In this document: in pieces, positions 21,294 to 31,377 of the stretch
How the letters are laid out: every line of letters starts with the position of its first letter
Position numbering within the stretch: position 1 is the stretch's first letter
From: Bacteroidia bacterium
Lineage (GTDB): Bacteria > Bacteroidota > Bacteroidia > UBA4408
DNA: 64,000 nt
NCBI GenBank assembly: GCA_023262495.1
Contig: JALRAS010000001.1
Span: 4,486 to 68,485 of the forward strand
Reading direction: 5' to 3'
Notes under the pieces: generated by a model
What the model was told of the DNA's origin: nothing
The model's input: the letters and a program-made list of their open reading frames with translations, nothing else
Database searches by the model: none
Program-made: the position numbers and the translations under genes

Positions 21294-23780
21294 TCATTTT
21301 GACCGCTTCCGCCACTTGACCAACTCGTACCAAAAAACCGATATCAAAGCGATGCTGGTAATCTGTAAAAGTGCAAGCGGAGCAACTGCCACAAATCCAA
21401 AAAAGGCGCTGAAAGGTTCAATATAAATGAGCACCCCACTCAATAAAACAGTGATGGCAATCATCACAATTACCAATTTATTGGGATAGTGTATTGTTTT
21501 AAGCACCGAGAATTGCAAAGACCTGTTTTCAAGTGTTAGAAAAATATTAGACAACACCAATGTTGCGAATACCATAGTGCGTGTGTACGCCTCACCTCCC
21601 TGCTGATTTACTGATAAACGATAGGCAAATAAAACACCTGCGGTAATCATGAGTCCTTTCACCATACTAATGCTTAGCTCCTTCATGTTAAAAAAGGATT
21701 TTGACATCAAGCGAGGTGGCTGTATCATGGCATTACTCTCCATAGGTTCATTTTCATAAATAATTGAGCAGGTTGGTCCCATAATCAATTCAAGAAAAAT
21801 AACGTGAACAGGAGAAAAAATGTTAGGGTAAATCCATCCTAATACCAAGGGTATCAATACGGTTAAAATAATTGGAATATGAATGGCTATTATATACTGT
21901 ACTGCTTTTTTAAGATTGGTGTATATTTTTCTTCCTACACCAATAGCATGAATCATTTTCGACAAATCATCGTCTACCAATATTAAAGAAGCAGCATCAC
22001 GTGCAATAGCTGTTCCTTTTTTACCCATAGCAATTCCGATATGTGCTGCTTTAAGTGCAGGGCCATCATTAACACCATCTCCTGTCATGGCAACAATTTT
22101 ATTTGATGCTTTAAGCGCATTGATCACGCGTAATTTTGCTTCAGGAAACATACGTGTAAAAATATTAGTTTGCATGGTAGCAACCTTTAACTGCTCATCG
22201 GTGAGTTGCATGGCATCTTCTCCCGACAGCGCATGTTGAGTTCCGTGAAAGTTTATTTTTTTAGCAATTGCCGCGGTTGTAATTGCATTATCACCGGTGA
22301 TAATTTTTACATTAATTCCGGCATTATAAAATCCTTGCAATACCTCATTAATATTGGCTTTGGGCGGATCGTAAAATGCAACCAATCCAATAAATTTAAA
22401 TGCAAACTCTTCCTGATTTTTTGGAAAGTTTTGATCCATATGCTTGGCTTGCCCTACGCCTAAAACTCTGTATCCCTCTCCTGCAAATTGATCTATTGCT
22501 GCATGTACTTTTGCTGCCTCCTGATCTGATAATTGGCAAACCTTGATCAGTGCTTCGGGAGCACCTTTACAAGCCACAATCATTTCGCCATTGGGCTGCC
22601 TAAAAATATGTGTCATCATAGGCGGTTTGCCTGAAAGAGGGTATTCGTGTACAAACTCATAGTTCACTCTTTCATCAATATCAACCATGTTGGCATACGC
22701 CTTATGCAAAGCAATTTCCATTGGATCAAAGGGCTCGGGTTCACTACTCCACATGGCCATCGAGATAATTTCATGCGACTGACTTTTCGACACATCATGT
22801 ATGTCTGCACAGGTATTGCTGCCATGTAAATATATTTTTACGAGCTCCATCCTATTCTCTGTGATGGTACCTGTTTTATCTATACAAATAACCGAAGCAC
22901 TTCCCAATGTTTCAACAGTTTTCATTTGCTTTACGATGATGCCCATTTTCATCAGTCGCCAGGCACCAAGCGCCATAAAGGTGGCAAACGCAACAGGAAT
23001 TTCCTCAGGTAAAATACTCATTGCTATTGTAAGTGCTTTGAGCAAGCTTTGAACGAATTCCTGAGTATGAAAATAATTAAAAGCCCATACGAGAAAGAAC
23101 ACAACACCTCCAACAAATACCATTTTTTTGACAAACCGATTGATTTGTAATTCGAGTGGTGTTTTTTCCTCGGGTATGTTGTGTAAGCTGAGTCCTATTT
23201 TACCCATTTGTGTGTTTGCACCGATAGCAGTAACTTGAATAATGGCTGAACCACTCACAACATTACTGCCCTGCATCGCAAGATTATTCATTGTTTTAAA
23301 AACAGGCATCGATTCACCGGTAAGCAAGGCTTCATTGACAGAAAAATCGTGCGATTCTACCACGATACCATCTGCAGCCACATAGTCGCCTTCCTCGGCA
23401 AGTAAACAATCATCAATTACCAATTCGTGTACAGGCAACTCCATTTTTTTACCATCGCGAATTACCTTGCAGTTGGGCCTTGTGTATTGCTTCAATAATT
23501 CAATGGCATTTCTGCTTCTTCTTTCTTGATAAACAGAAATAGCTGACACGAATAATATGGCCACACATAAAAAAATACCATCATCAATTTTACCGCTTAT
23601 GAAGTAAATGAATGAAGAAATCAATAGCAATATTACCATTGGCTCTGACACCAAACTGAGTAATAGTTTAAGAAAGTGATACTCACTTTTTTTCTCGCTT
23701 GTATTTGTCCCGTGTAGCAGAGCAGATTGCTTTACTTCATCACTTGTAAGTCCCGATATTTTCCATGAATTTTGGCTCAT
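21294..23780 (-). CDS. Cation-transporting P-type ATPase (type II, Ca2+/Mg2+-like)
   Basis: Phosphorylation motif DKTGTITEN, TGDNAITTA, hinge GDGVNDGPALKAA, and 8-10 TM helices; 828 aa. Confidence 0.9.
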   Translation of the reverse strand: MSQNSWKISGLTSDEVKQSALLHGTNTSEKKSEYHFLKLLLSLVSEPMVILLLISSFIYFISGKIDDGIFLCVAILFVSAISVYQERRSRNAIELLKQYTRPNCKVIRDGKKMELPVHELVIDDCLLAEEGDYVAADGIVVESHDFSVNEALLTGESMPVFKTMNNLAMQGSNVVSGSAIIQVTAIGANTQMGKIGLSLHNIPEEKTPLELQINRFVKKMVFVGGVVFFLVWAFNYFHTQEFVQSLLKALTIAMSILPEEIPVAFATFMALGAWRLMKMGIIVKQMKTVETLGSASVICIDKTGTITENRMELVKIYLHGSNTCADIHDVSKSQSHEIISMAMWSSEPEPFDPMEIALHKAYANMVDIDERVNYEFVHEYPLSGKPPMMTHIFRQPNGEMIVACKGAPEALIKVCQLSDQEAAKVHAAIDQFAGEGYRVLGVGQAKHMDQNFPKNQEEFAFKFIGLVAFYDPPKANINEVLQGFYNAGINVKIITGDNAITTAAIAKKINFHGTQHALSGEDAMQLTDEQLKVATMQTNIFTRMFPEAKLRVINALKASNKIVAMTGDGVNDGPALKAAHIGIAMGKKGTAIARDAASLILVDDDLSKMIHAIGVGRKIYTNLKKAVQYIIAIHIPIILTVLIPLVLGWIYPNIFSPVHVIFLELIMGPTCSIIYENEPMESNAMIQPPRLMSKSFFNMKELSISMVKGLMITAGVLFAYRLSVNQQGGEAYTRTMVFATLVLSNIFLTLENRSLQFSVLKTIHYPNKLVIVMIAITVLLSGVLIYIEPFSAFFGFVAVAPLALLQITSIALISVFWYELVKWRKRSK

Positions 23781-23945
23781 AATTAATGAAGATGTGCACA
23801 GTTATACCATAAACTCATGGGCTAATTTATAAGAAGTAAAGGCATAAGATGATGCCAAATCAACACAACAAAGATATTAAGTTAGCGCAGGGGTGCGCAT
23901 TTATTTTTAAAATAAAAACACTATTTTGGTTCAAAATATTTTGAT

Positions 23946-24650
23946 ATGGATTACAACCTTTTATTACTAGCGCTTGCTCCGGGTCTTGCTATCATGATTT
24001 TTGTTTATTGGAAAGATAAACTCGATAGAGAACCCAGAAGGTTATTGATATTAGCATTCTTATTGGGTTGTTTCAGCATCTTGCCTGCCATCATTTTCAA
24101 TTTGTTTCTATCGTTGGTATTGAATGTTGAGGTTAGCCATTCTATGTCTGTAACCTTTGCCTATGCTTTTTTTGTGGTTGCCCTCTCAGAGGAATTCAGC
24201 AAGTTTATACTTTTAAGTGGCGTATTATTCCCAAGGCCACAGTTTGACGAGCCCTACGATGGCATTACCTACTCTGTGATGATTGGGATGGGATTTGCCA
24301 CCCTTGAGAACGTGATGTATGTTTTTGAGGCTGAAGATGGTTACAGGATAGGTTGGCTGCGCGCTTTTACTGCTGTTCCTGCACATGCTACGTTTGCTGT
24401 GGCCATGGGTTACTTTGCCGGGTTGGCAAAATTTAATGCCGAAAAGAAATTTCTTTATTTGTTATCGGGCCTATTGTTGGCTATATTTTTGCATGGCTTT
24501 TATGATTTTTTATTGATGCAGAAAAACTATCCAATCATTGCCTTTGGTGCATTTGTTTCGGTTGGGATATCCATCTATTTTTCAATAAAAGCCATCAAAC
24601 TACACCAAAATATTTCTCCTCATCGAGAGAAGGAAAATTTTTTGAATTGA
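23946..24650 (+). CDS. PrsW-family intramembrane glutamic/metallo-protease
   Basis: Multi-pass membrane protein with the PrsW signature motifs EEFSKF, FATLENVMYV and HATFAVAMGYFAGL. Confidence 0.75.
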   Translation: MDYNLLLLALAPGLAIMIFVYWKDKLDREPRRLLILAFLLGCFSILPAIIFNLFLSLVLNVEVSHSMSVTFAYAFFVVALSEEFSKFILLSGVLFPRPQFDEPYDGITYSVMIGMGFATLENVMYVFEAEDGYRIGWLRAFTAVPAHATFAVAMGYFAGLAKFNAEKKFLYLLSGLLLAIFLHGFYDFLLMQKNYPIIAFGAFVSVGISIYFSIKAIKLHQNISPHREKENFLN

Positions 24651-24667
24651 TGAGAAATGGCGTACTA

Positions 24668-25228
24668 TTATATTTTTTTCCAGATTGATGCAAGTCTCTC
24701 ATTCTTCGGATAATTGTTATACTTATTCCGATACTCATTTTCGATATACTTAATTCGTTCATCAAGCAAAGGGTGCGAACTTAAAAATTCGGGTACATCT
24801 ATCGAACCTGCGTTTTTTTCTTTTAAATGTTTAAAGAGATTTACCATACCACTAGGATTCACACCTGATGCAATCAATAATTTTAATCCGTTTCGATCTG
24901 CTTCTTCCTCAAGCGCTCTTGTATAGCTTAGCGATTTTATTGTATGCGCATTTTCAAGAAGTACCCCCATGATTCCATTGATATCTGAAAGCACAATGGA
25001 AAGTATCACATAGGTTCCTAAGTTTCTGAACAAAGAACGAGTGGTGTGCTTAAAGGAAATGTGCGAGTATTCATGACATAGTAAGGCCGCAAATTCTTCC
25101 TCTGAATTCATTTGTTGTAATATTTCATCATACACTACAATGTTGCCACCGGGCAGTGCAAAGGCATTTTTTATAGGAGCGTTTACAACTGTGATGTGAA
25201 TGGGATAGTTGCTTTTGTATTTTAATGC
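24668..25228 (-). pseudogene. M48-family (Ste24/HtpX/BepA-like) zinc metallopeptidase, N-terminally truncated remnant
   Basis: The frame is open from a stop at 25229-25231. It contains NAFALPGGNIVVYDEIL, HEYSH (HExxH), the EEEAD third-ligand region and SHPLLDERI. There is no ATG for the first ~60 codons; the track's M at 25135 is a GTG. All three minus frames contain stops in 25229-25300, so the usual ~80-100 aa N-terminal part is absent. Confidence 0.5.
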
Positions 25229-25269
25229 TTAGCGCCCTAATGCAAATGCGCGATTAAAATTCTGGTTAC

Positions 25270-25569
25270 ATGAGGAATAAAAAATTTACACAATTATTGC
25301 TTAATATTGCAGTCCTATTAAGCAAATACATGAAAGACAAGGCAGTTTTTATTGCAAACATAACAAGTGGTATCACAGTTGGTGTTGCCAACTTGTTTGA
25401 CTTGTTGGGCTTCGCTAATTTGCTTGATAGCACCTATAAAAACGGTTCAGAAACTACTGCACAAGCTGATGCAATAGGCATATCATACTTCAAATTTAAA
25501 ACAGTAAAACTTGAGCATGATGTAAGAGGCAGGTTAAGAGAAATAAATTTTAATGGCATCAATAGTTAA
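25270..25569 (+). CDS. Hypothetical small ORF (99 aa) immediately upstream of tatC; coding status uncertain
   Basis: An ORF with a hydrophobic N-terminus (MRNKKFTQLLLNIAVLLS). It is not TatA-like. It occupies the position where the missing M48 N-terminus would be expected on the other strand. Confidence 0.25.
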   Translation: MRNKKFTQLLLNIAVLLSKYMKDKAVFIANITSGITVGVANLFDLLGFANLLDSTYKNGSETTAQADAIGISYFKFKTVKLEHDVRGRLREINFNGINS

Positions 25570-25612
25570 ATAGCAAGTGGGACTATTCAATAAAGGAAAA
25601 GATAATTCAGAA

Positions 25613-26413
25613 ATGTCATTTTTAGAGCACCTAGAGGCACTCAGGTGGCATTTGATGCGTTCGGTAATTGCGGTACTCCTTATTGCAATATGCTTGTTTT
25701 TTTATCGCGAATTGGTATTCGATTATTTTTTGTTTGCCCCCAAACACCCCGATTTTTGGACATATCGCATGCTTTGTTTGCTCAGCGATTATTTAAACAT
25801 GGGCGATGCATTGTGTATCAAAGAGCTCCCTTTCGATTTGATTAATACCGAGCTATCGGGACAGTTTACCATGCATATATGGGTTTCTTTTGTAGCCGGA
25901 TTCATTCTTGCTGCGCCTTATGTATTATGGGAAATTTGGCAATTTGTAAAACCTGCTTTGCATGATAAAGAGAGAAAATATTCTAAGGGTGTGGTCATAT
26001 ACAGTTCGCTGCTTTTCTTTGCCGGTGTGCTTTTCGGCTACTATGTAATTGTGCCGCTGTCGATTAATTTTTTAGGCAGCTATCAGGTAAGTGCCGATGT
26101 AAAGAACATGATTGCCATGGACTCCTTTGTATCTACAGTAACCACCATCACGTTTGCATCGGGGCTTGTTTTTGAACTGCCCATTGTCATTTATTTTTTA
26201 ACTCAAATAGGATTAATGACGCCACAGTTTATGCGCACCTATCGCAAGCATGCTACAGTGATTATTTTAATTGTAGCGGCCATCATTACGCCATCGCCTG
26301 ATGTAACATCGCAATTGCTTGTTGCATTCCCACTTTATTTGCTTTACGAATTGAGTATTTACGTGAGTATGTACGTAGTAAAGAAAGCAGAAAAAGAGAG
26401 GTCATCTTCCTAA
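25613..26413 (+). CDS. tatC: Twin-arginine translocase subunit TatC
   Basis: MSFLEHLEALRWHLMRS matches the conserved TatC N-terminus, and there are six TM helices. The ORF track begins 12 codons earlier, at 25577. Confidence 0.9.
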   Translation: MSFLEHLEALRWHLMRSVIAVLLIAICLFFYRELVFDYFLFAPKHPDFWTYRMLCLLSDYLNMGDALCIKELPFDLINTELSGQFTMHIWVSFVAGFILAAPYVLWEIWQFVKPALHDKERKYSKGVVIYSSLLFFAGVLFGYYVIVPLSINFLGSYQVSADVKNMIAMDSFVSTVTTITFASGLVFELPIVIYFLTQIGLMTPQFMRTYRKHATVIILIVAAIITPSPDVTSQLLVAFPLYLLYELSIYVSMYVVKKAEKERSSS

Positions 26414-26426
26414 ACTATTCACAGTT

Positions 26427-26777
26427 ATGAGTCAAACACCCGAAGAATTCAATGCCTACAGAAGTAAAATGAATGAACGCATTTTAGGGCAAAATCATAA
26501 ACTAATCAATCGATTTTTTAATCTTGACACCAACACTTATGCCCCAGGTGCTTTACCTGTAAAAACCAAAGAAATGCTAGGGCTTGTGGCAAGCATGGTA
26601 TTACGTTGTGATGATTGCATCAGATACCATGTAGAAAAATGTTTCGAGGAAGGTGTGACGGAGGAGGAAATATTTGAAATTTTTGCCATTGCCAATTTGG
26701 TTGGTGGAAGTATTGTAATTCCTCATTTTAGAAGAGCTGTAGAGTTTTGGGACATGCTAAAAGAATCAAAAAAATAA
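26427..26777 (+). CDS. Carboxymuconolactone decarboxylase (AhpD-like) family protein
   Basis: 116 aa with a CxxC…H core (RCDDCIRYHVEKCFEEG) typical of the CMD/AhpD fold. Confidence 0.75.
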   Translation: MSQTPEEFNAYRSKMNERILGQNHKLINRFFNLDTNTYAPGALPVKTKEMLGLVASMVLRCDDCIRYHVEKCFEEGVTEEEIFEIFAIANLVGGSIVIPHFRRAVEFWDMLKESKK

Positions 26778-26781
26778 TACC

Positions 26782-27111
26782 ATGAAAACATTTCAACCAC
26801 CATACGAGAAACACATTTTTATTTGCACCAATCAGCGTGGTGAAGGACAGCGGATGTGCTGCGGAGAAAAGCACGGTACCGATTTGATTGCTGCATTCAA
26901 GCAAGCGGTGAAGGAGAAAAAAATCCCTGTTCAAATTCGTGTGCAAAGAGCAGGTTGTTTTGATATTTGCGAAGTGGGGCCCAATGTTATTGTGTACCCC
27001 GAGGGCGTATACTATGGTAAAGTGTCGTTAGGTGATGTAGCTGAAATTGTTGAGGAACATTTACTCAACAACCGACCGGTAGAAAGACTGCGCTTGAACT
27101 TTGCAAGGTAG
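26782..27111 (+). CDS. Thioredoxin-like [2Fe-2S] ferredoxin domain protein
   Basis: Four Cys in NuoE-like spacing (CTNQRGEGQRMCC … AGCFDICEVGPNVIVYPEGVYYG); 109 aa. Confidence 0.75.
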   Translation: MKTFQPPYEKHIFICTNQRGEGQRMCCGEKHGTDLIAAFKQAVKEKKIPVQIRVQRAGCFDICEVGPNVIVYPEGVYYGKVSLGDVAEIVEEHLLNNRPVERLRLNFAR

Positions 27112-27390
27112 GTGCTATCAAAAATAAGCTGTTTACACATCCTAACTTTTTTGCAGGAAGCATGAGTACTTAAAGGGCTATGCTCAATTGCGATTACTCA
27201 ATCGAAATAAAAGTGTTATGAGCTCTCGTAATTCATAAGATCTTTTAAAGGTGTATTAAATCATTCATTGTAAATGAATGATTTTAGTATAAATTGCTCA
27301 TGAGGAATGCATGTTTCTTAAACCTGAATAATCAGTTGAAGTTATATCTTTCCTCATTATAGATTGGTCCATGCGTTTGTGGTATAACCT

Positions 27391-27900
27391 CTATTCCTTA
27401 CAATTAACCTTATCGGCAAACAGGTTGTGATTTTTATAAAAAATGGCAATCGTTGAGGAGTCATTACCAAGGTAATCAAACAAAATCATGTTCTTTACTT
27501 GAGTTTCATTATAAGCAATACGATTGATATAGTAATTTTCCTTTTTAAAGAAATAAGAGGTATAACTTTTTCCTGCTTCATCAAATTTCTTTGTGTTAAA
27601 TATCTTGATACTGCTATCGGTTTGCATGAGTTGATCAATTAATTCGGGCGTATCAGCAGTGCTCATCGAGATGTAGGTATATCGTTCTCCGGCCGTAATT
27701 ACCCTATTTAAAATTAAATTACCGCTGTCAATAGCCAAGTGTTTTTTATAAAATTCTAATTGAACTTTGGTGATTGAAATTTGCTTTTCATTTTTCCCGG
27801 GTTTCAAACATTCGAAGTATCCAAATGAGATGGTATTCTTCTTATTTGTGCAACTGTTAAAGCAAGCTGTAACTATTAATGCGAAGATGATTTTTTTCAT
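27391..27900 (-). CDS. Hypothetical lipoprotein
   Basis: Signal peptide with a lipobox-like MKKIIFALIVTACFNSC; no recognisable domain. Confidence 0.5.
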   Translation of the reverse strand: MKKIIFALIVTACFNSCTNKKNTISFGYFECLKPGKNEKQISITKVQLEFYKKHLAIDSGNLILNRVITAGERYTYISMSTADTPELIDQLMQTDSSIKIFNTKKFDEAGKSYTSYFFKKENYYINRIAYNETQVKNMILFDYLGNDSSTIAIFYKNHNLFADKVNCKE

Positions 27901-27924
27901 AATGAGGTTGTAAATATCTGCTAA

Positions 27925-27962
27925 AAAAAATGAGCATCGTTTTTAAAAAGATGCTCATTTTT
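27925..27962 (-). terminator. Rho-independent terminator (bidirectional hairpin) after the 27978..28262 gene
   Basis: aaaaaaaatgagcatc gtttttaaaaa gatgctcatttttt forms a perfect 9-bp stem flanked by A-run and T-run. Confidence 0.65.
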
Positions 27963-27977
27963 TGCGTTTTTTTCTAA

Positions 27978-28262
27978 TTATTCTCTGTTTGTGATGGTCT
28001 CGTAAGTCCAAAAAATACGGAGTATGTTTGTAACTTTGGTATCTATCGTAGCAATTTGGGTGATAAAATCATTTATAGCTGCTGCTTGTAACCTACAGTC
28101 GGCATCAAAGGCAAAAATGTTAAAGTAAACTATACCAGCAGCGCATCCTGCTTTGGTACCTGCAGGATTTTGGTTTAATATTGAAGGGGCTTTATAAGTA
28201 CAAGATGCGTATATCAAGGCTAGAGCAGCGATAACGAATAAGGACTTTAATTTTTTCATCAT
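27978..28262 (-). CDS. Small secreted hypothetical protein
   Basis: Signal peptide MMKKLKSLFVIAALALIYASC. The ORF track extends 8 codons further upstream. Confidence 0.45.
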   Translation of the reverse strand: MMKKLKSLFVIAALALIYASCTYKAPSILNQNPAGTKAGCAAGIVYFNIFAFDADCRLQAAAINDFITQIATIDTKVTNILRIFWTYETITNRE

Positions 28263-28328
28263 ACTTAACAAGTAAATTTTAATCAAACTTAGAAATTAGA
28301 AGAGAGCACAGATGAGGGACAAGCAAAA

Positions 28329-28811
28329 TTATTTCAACACATATCTAATGGTAAGTGCCCCATCAAACCAAATTAAATTGTCGGCAGTAAAATTTAACTC
28401 GGGCTTGATATTGATTCCAAGGTTGAGCGGCACGTCCTTGAGTGTGTATTCTAATCCCAAAATAGCGTCTATTCCAATGTTGATGTGCGTGCCTAAATCA
28501 TTATAAAAAACATTTGCCCTGCGCCCATTGATAAACTTCACGTGTGCACCTGCACCATAATACCAATCGAGCTCATCAATATCAAATGGATGTCGGTTGT
28601 TAAATTCATAAAGCACTGTAATGCCCGGTCCGTAATTGAAATTGGCAATTCCCTCTACCATATTTTTATCGGTAAGATAATGCTTGAGTGTTATCCCGTA
28701 ATTATAACCGGCATTTAATCCAATTGCGGTACGATAAAGTTGGGGCTGCGCCACTGCGCAAGTAATAGTTAAAATCAGGACCATTACTCCTGCAAATAAT
28801 TTTTTATTCAT
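28329..28811 (-). CDS. Outer-membrane beta-barrel protein (small porin/OmpW-like)
   Basis: Signal peptide MNKKLFAGVMVLILTITCAVAQ, alternating amphipathic strands, and a C-terminal aromatic-rich strand. Confidence 0.5.
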   Translation of the reverse strand: MNKKLFAGVMVLILTITCAVAQPQLYRTAIGLNAGYNYGITLKHYLTDKNMVEGIANFNYGPGITVLYEFNNRHPFDIDELDWYYGAGAHVKFINGRRANVFYNDLGTHINIGIDAILGLEYTLKDVPLNLGINIKPELNFTADNLIWFDGALTIRYVLK

Positions 28812-28815
28812 TGAT

Positions 28816-30474
28816 TTAACATTTATAATTGGCTACAATAGGCATGCGTCTGCCCATTCCAAAGGCCTTAGGGGATACTCTGATAACGGGAGCGGCCTGC
28901 TTTCTTTTGTACTCGTTCTTATTTACCATATTGATGATTTTCTTCACCAACTCAAGCTCAAAACCTTGCGCAGCTATTTCATCTGCCGACTTTTTATTTT
29001 CGATATACTGAAATAAAATTTGATCCAACAAATTGTATTCGGGTAAGGAGTCGGAATCTTTTTGATTAGGTCGCAATTCGGCAGATGGCGGTTTGATGAT
29101 GGTATGATGTGGAATAATTTCTTGCTCACGATTGATGAAATGACATAGGTCATACACCTCTGTTTTATATACATCACCAATTACCGAAAGCCCTCCGCAC
29201 ATATCGCCATAAAGCGTTCCATAGCCAACAGACATTTCACTTTTATTACTTGTGTTCAATAAAATGTGGCCAAACTTATTACTCATTGCCATCAGGATCA
29301 CACCTCTTAATCGCGCTTGAATATTTTCTTCTGCTAAATTGAAAGTTGTATTTGAAAACTGCGGTGATAATGTTTTTAGCAATGACTGAAAGCTATCCTC
29401 AATTGGCACTATTTCATAGTTACAACCAAGGTTGTGGGCAAGCTGTTTGGCATCATCAATACTGTGATCGCTGCTAAATCCAGAGGGCAGCAACACCGGC
29501 AATACATTTTCTTTACCTAATGCTGCAACTGCAATAACAAGTGTGAGTGCTGAATCGATTCCACCACTTAAACCCAGTATGGCTTTTTTAAATTGTTGTT
29601 TCTTGAAATAATCGCTGACTCCGCAAACCAACGCATCAAAAATCAATTCACTTTTTGAAGGCAAAGTAATGTTTATTGACGCTTTAAGTGTGCTATCGAG
29701 AAGATTGATCACACGCAAATCCTCTTTAAAAAAAGGAGCGTTATGTAGCATCTCACCCTTACTGTTGAAAGCGCATGAGCCCCCATCAAATACCAATTCG
29801 GTTTGCGCTCCGCAATGATTTACATAAAGTAAGGGCAGCGCGTATTTTTTTGCATTACGCTGCAGCACTTTTAATCTTGTTTGATGCTGCACATAGCTAA
29901 AAGGTGATGCTGCTATATTAATCATACAATCAGGATGAAACGCCATTAAAGCAGACATAGGGCTCATGGTGTACATCTTTGAATGATTGAGCGGGGTAAA
30001 TGTTTCATCCTGCTCGTCCCAAAGATCTTCACAAATAGTCAAGGCAATTTTGTGTCCTTTGTATTCAATAATTTCAAACGTCTTGTTGGGCTCAAAGTAG
30101 CGATATTCATCAAATACATCGTAGTTGGGCAACAATGTTTTTTTGATGATTTGACTTACCTTTTTATTGGATAAAAAATAGGCCGCATTGAATAATTTCT
30201 TCCCTGTATCGGAATCGTTGATGGCAGGCGCACCTACAATGGCTGCAATACCATCGCAATGAGCCGCAATTTTGTGCATGTAAGATAAATTATCCTGAAT
30301 AAACTGATTAGATTCTAAAAAGTCGAGCGGAGGATAACCGCAAAGCGCAAGCTCGGGAAACACAATGAGATCGGCTGCTTGCCGTTTTGCTTCCTGAATG
30401 TGGGTAATAATTTTTTCTGCATTTGCATCAAAATTCCCAATATGAAAATTTAATTGAGCCCAGGCTATCTTCAT
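28816..30474 (-). CDS. nadE: Glutamine-dependent NAD+ synthetase (nitrilase-like domain plus NAD synthetase domain)
   Basis: An N-terminal CN-hydrolase domain (…ALTICEDLW…) and a C-terminal PP-loop GLSGGIDSAL; 552 aa. Confidence 0.9.
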   Translation of the reverse strand: MKIAWAQLNFHIGNFDANAEKIITHIQEAKRQAADLIVFPELALCGYPPLDFLESNQFIQDNLSYMHKIAAHCDGIAAIVGAPAINDSDTGKKLFNAAYFLSNKKVSQIIKKTLLPNYDVFDEYRYFEPNKTFEIIEYKGHKIALTICEDLWDEQDETFTPLNHSKMYTMSPMSALMAFHPDCMINIAASPFSYVQHQTRLKVLQRNAKKYALPLLYVNHCGAQTELVFDGGSCAFNSKGEMLHNAPFFKEDLRVINLLDSTLKASINITLPSKSELIFDALVCGVSDYFKKQQFKKAILGLSGGIDSALTLVIAVAALGKENVLPVLLPSGFSSDHSIDDAKQLAHNLGCNYEIVPIEDSFQSLLKTLSPQFSNTTFNLAEENIQARLRGVILMAMSNKFGHILLNTSNKSEMSVGYGTLYGDMCGGLSVIGDVYKTEVYDLCHFINREQEIIPHHTIIKPPSAELRPNQKDSDSLPEYNLLDQILFQYIENKKSADEIAAQGFELELVKKIINMVNKNEYKRKQAAPVIRVSPKAFGMGRRMPIVANYKC

Positions 30475-30524
30475 TTCAATACATTAGTTCACGCGTGAGG
30501 CCACAGGTAATAGGAAAAATCTGT

Positions 30525-31331
30525 TTAAAACAATACACCAATATTTATCTGAAAGAAATTAGTTTTTGCATTTTGAACAAATGATTGTCTCTTTGTTTTA
30601 GAAATCATATTTTCAGATTCTTTCTTTAACACATTGGTGAAACCGTTTTGAAAGTTTAAGCTTACAAATACTGATGTGGAGCCGGCTATGCGGTATTCGG
30701 CACCGGCACCTACATTGAGGCCGGCCCTAAAAAAGTTCATATCCTTGGTTACAATTAAATCAGGAATTTCATAGGCATTGGTAACTGCAATTTGTCTGCT
30801 TGTCCCCGAAGTTGAGTCTTTATAAGTAACAAGTGTACCAATATCATTGGCCTTCACCTTGGCTCTGATAGAGAGGTTGATTCCAAATAATCCAAAGTAG
30901 GTAAACCCTCCTACTTCAGGTGTTTTCATTTTCAACAACACAGGAAGATCCACATAGGTGATGCTGTAGGTGCGTCTTGTTAGAAAAAACTTATCTGAGG
31001 TATTTGCCAGCGGTATGGTGTATTCAGATGGGTCGTAGTATACAGAGTCGGCCGGATTAGTAAAATTGAGCTTACCGCCCGAGTAGTTTACTTCTACTCC
31101 CGTACAAAAACTTGCCACGGAAGTAAGTCTGAATTCGGAAGTAAGTCCGTAAGCAAATTTGAGTGCTGCACCATCACTGTCAAGTTTTTTGGTATCATCA
31201 GATTTCATCCATGCAATAGAAGGAGCCATTTTTAGACCAAATCGGAACTTTGAGTCGGCAGGGCCATCACCGGCAAAAATTTTACTCACCAACACAAAAA
31301 AACTTATAGCAATTAAGAAAACCTTTTTCAT
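30525..31331 (-). CDS. Outer-membrane beta-barrel protein (porin family), hypothetical
   Basis: Signal peptide MKKVFLIAISFFVLVSKIFA and a C-terminal …FFQINIGVLF beta-signal. Confidence 0.5.
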   Translation of the reverse strand: MKKVFLIAISFFVLVSKIFAGDGPADSKFRFGLKMAPSIAWMKSDDTKKLDSDGAALKFAYGLTSEFRLTSVASFCTGVEVNYSGGKLNFTNPADSVYYDPSEYTIPLANTSDKFFLTRRTYSITYVDLPVLLKMKTPEVGGFTYFGLFGINLSIRAKVKANDIGTLVTYKDSTSGTSRQIAVTNAYEIPDLIVTKDMNFFRAGLNVGAGAEYRIAGSTSVFVSLNFQNGFTNVLKKESENMISKTKRQSFVQNAKTNFFQINIGVLF

Positions 31332-31377
31332 ACTTTTGGCTGTTTTTAGTTTAGTACAATATTAAGTATTAATTTGA

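Noticed and set aside
25229-25300. The echo NRAFALGR just upstream of the stop preceding NAFALPGG, as evidence of a tandem duplication
   Set aside because: DNA identity between the two segments is only about 65% over 24 nt, which could be chance. It is mentioned only as a weak hint in the M48 finding.
27112-27390. tRNA or other RNA gene in the 280-bp gap after the ferredoxin gene
   Set aside because: No cloverleaf-compatible sequence was seen, and no GTTCGAATC-like T-arm. Only a short palindrome, tcattcattgtaaatgaatga, was found.
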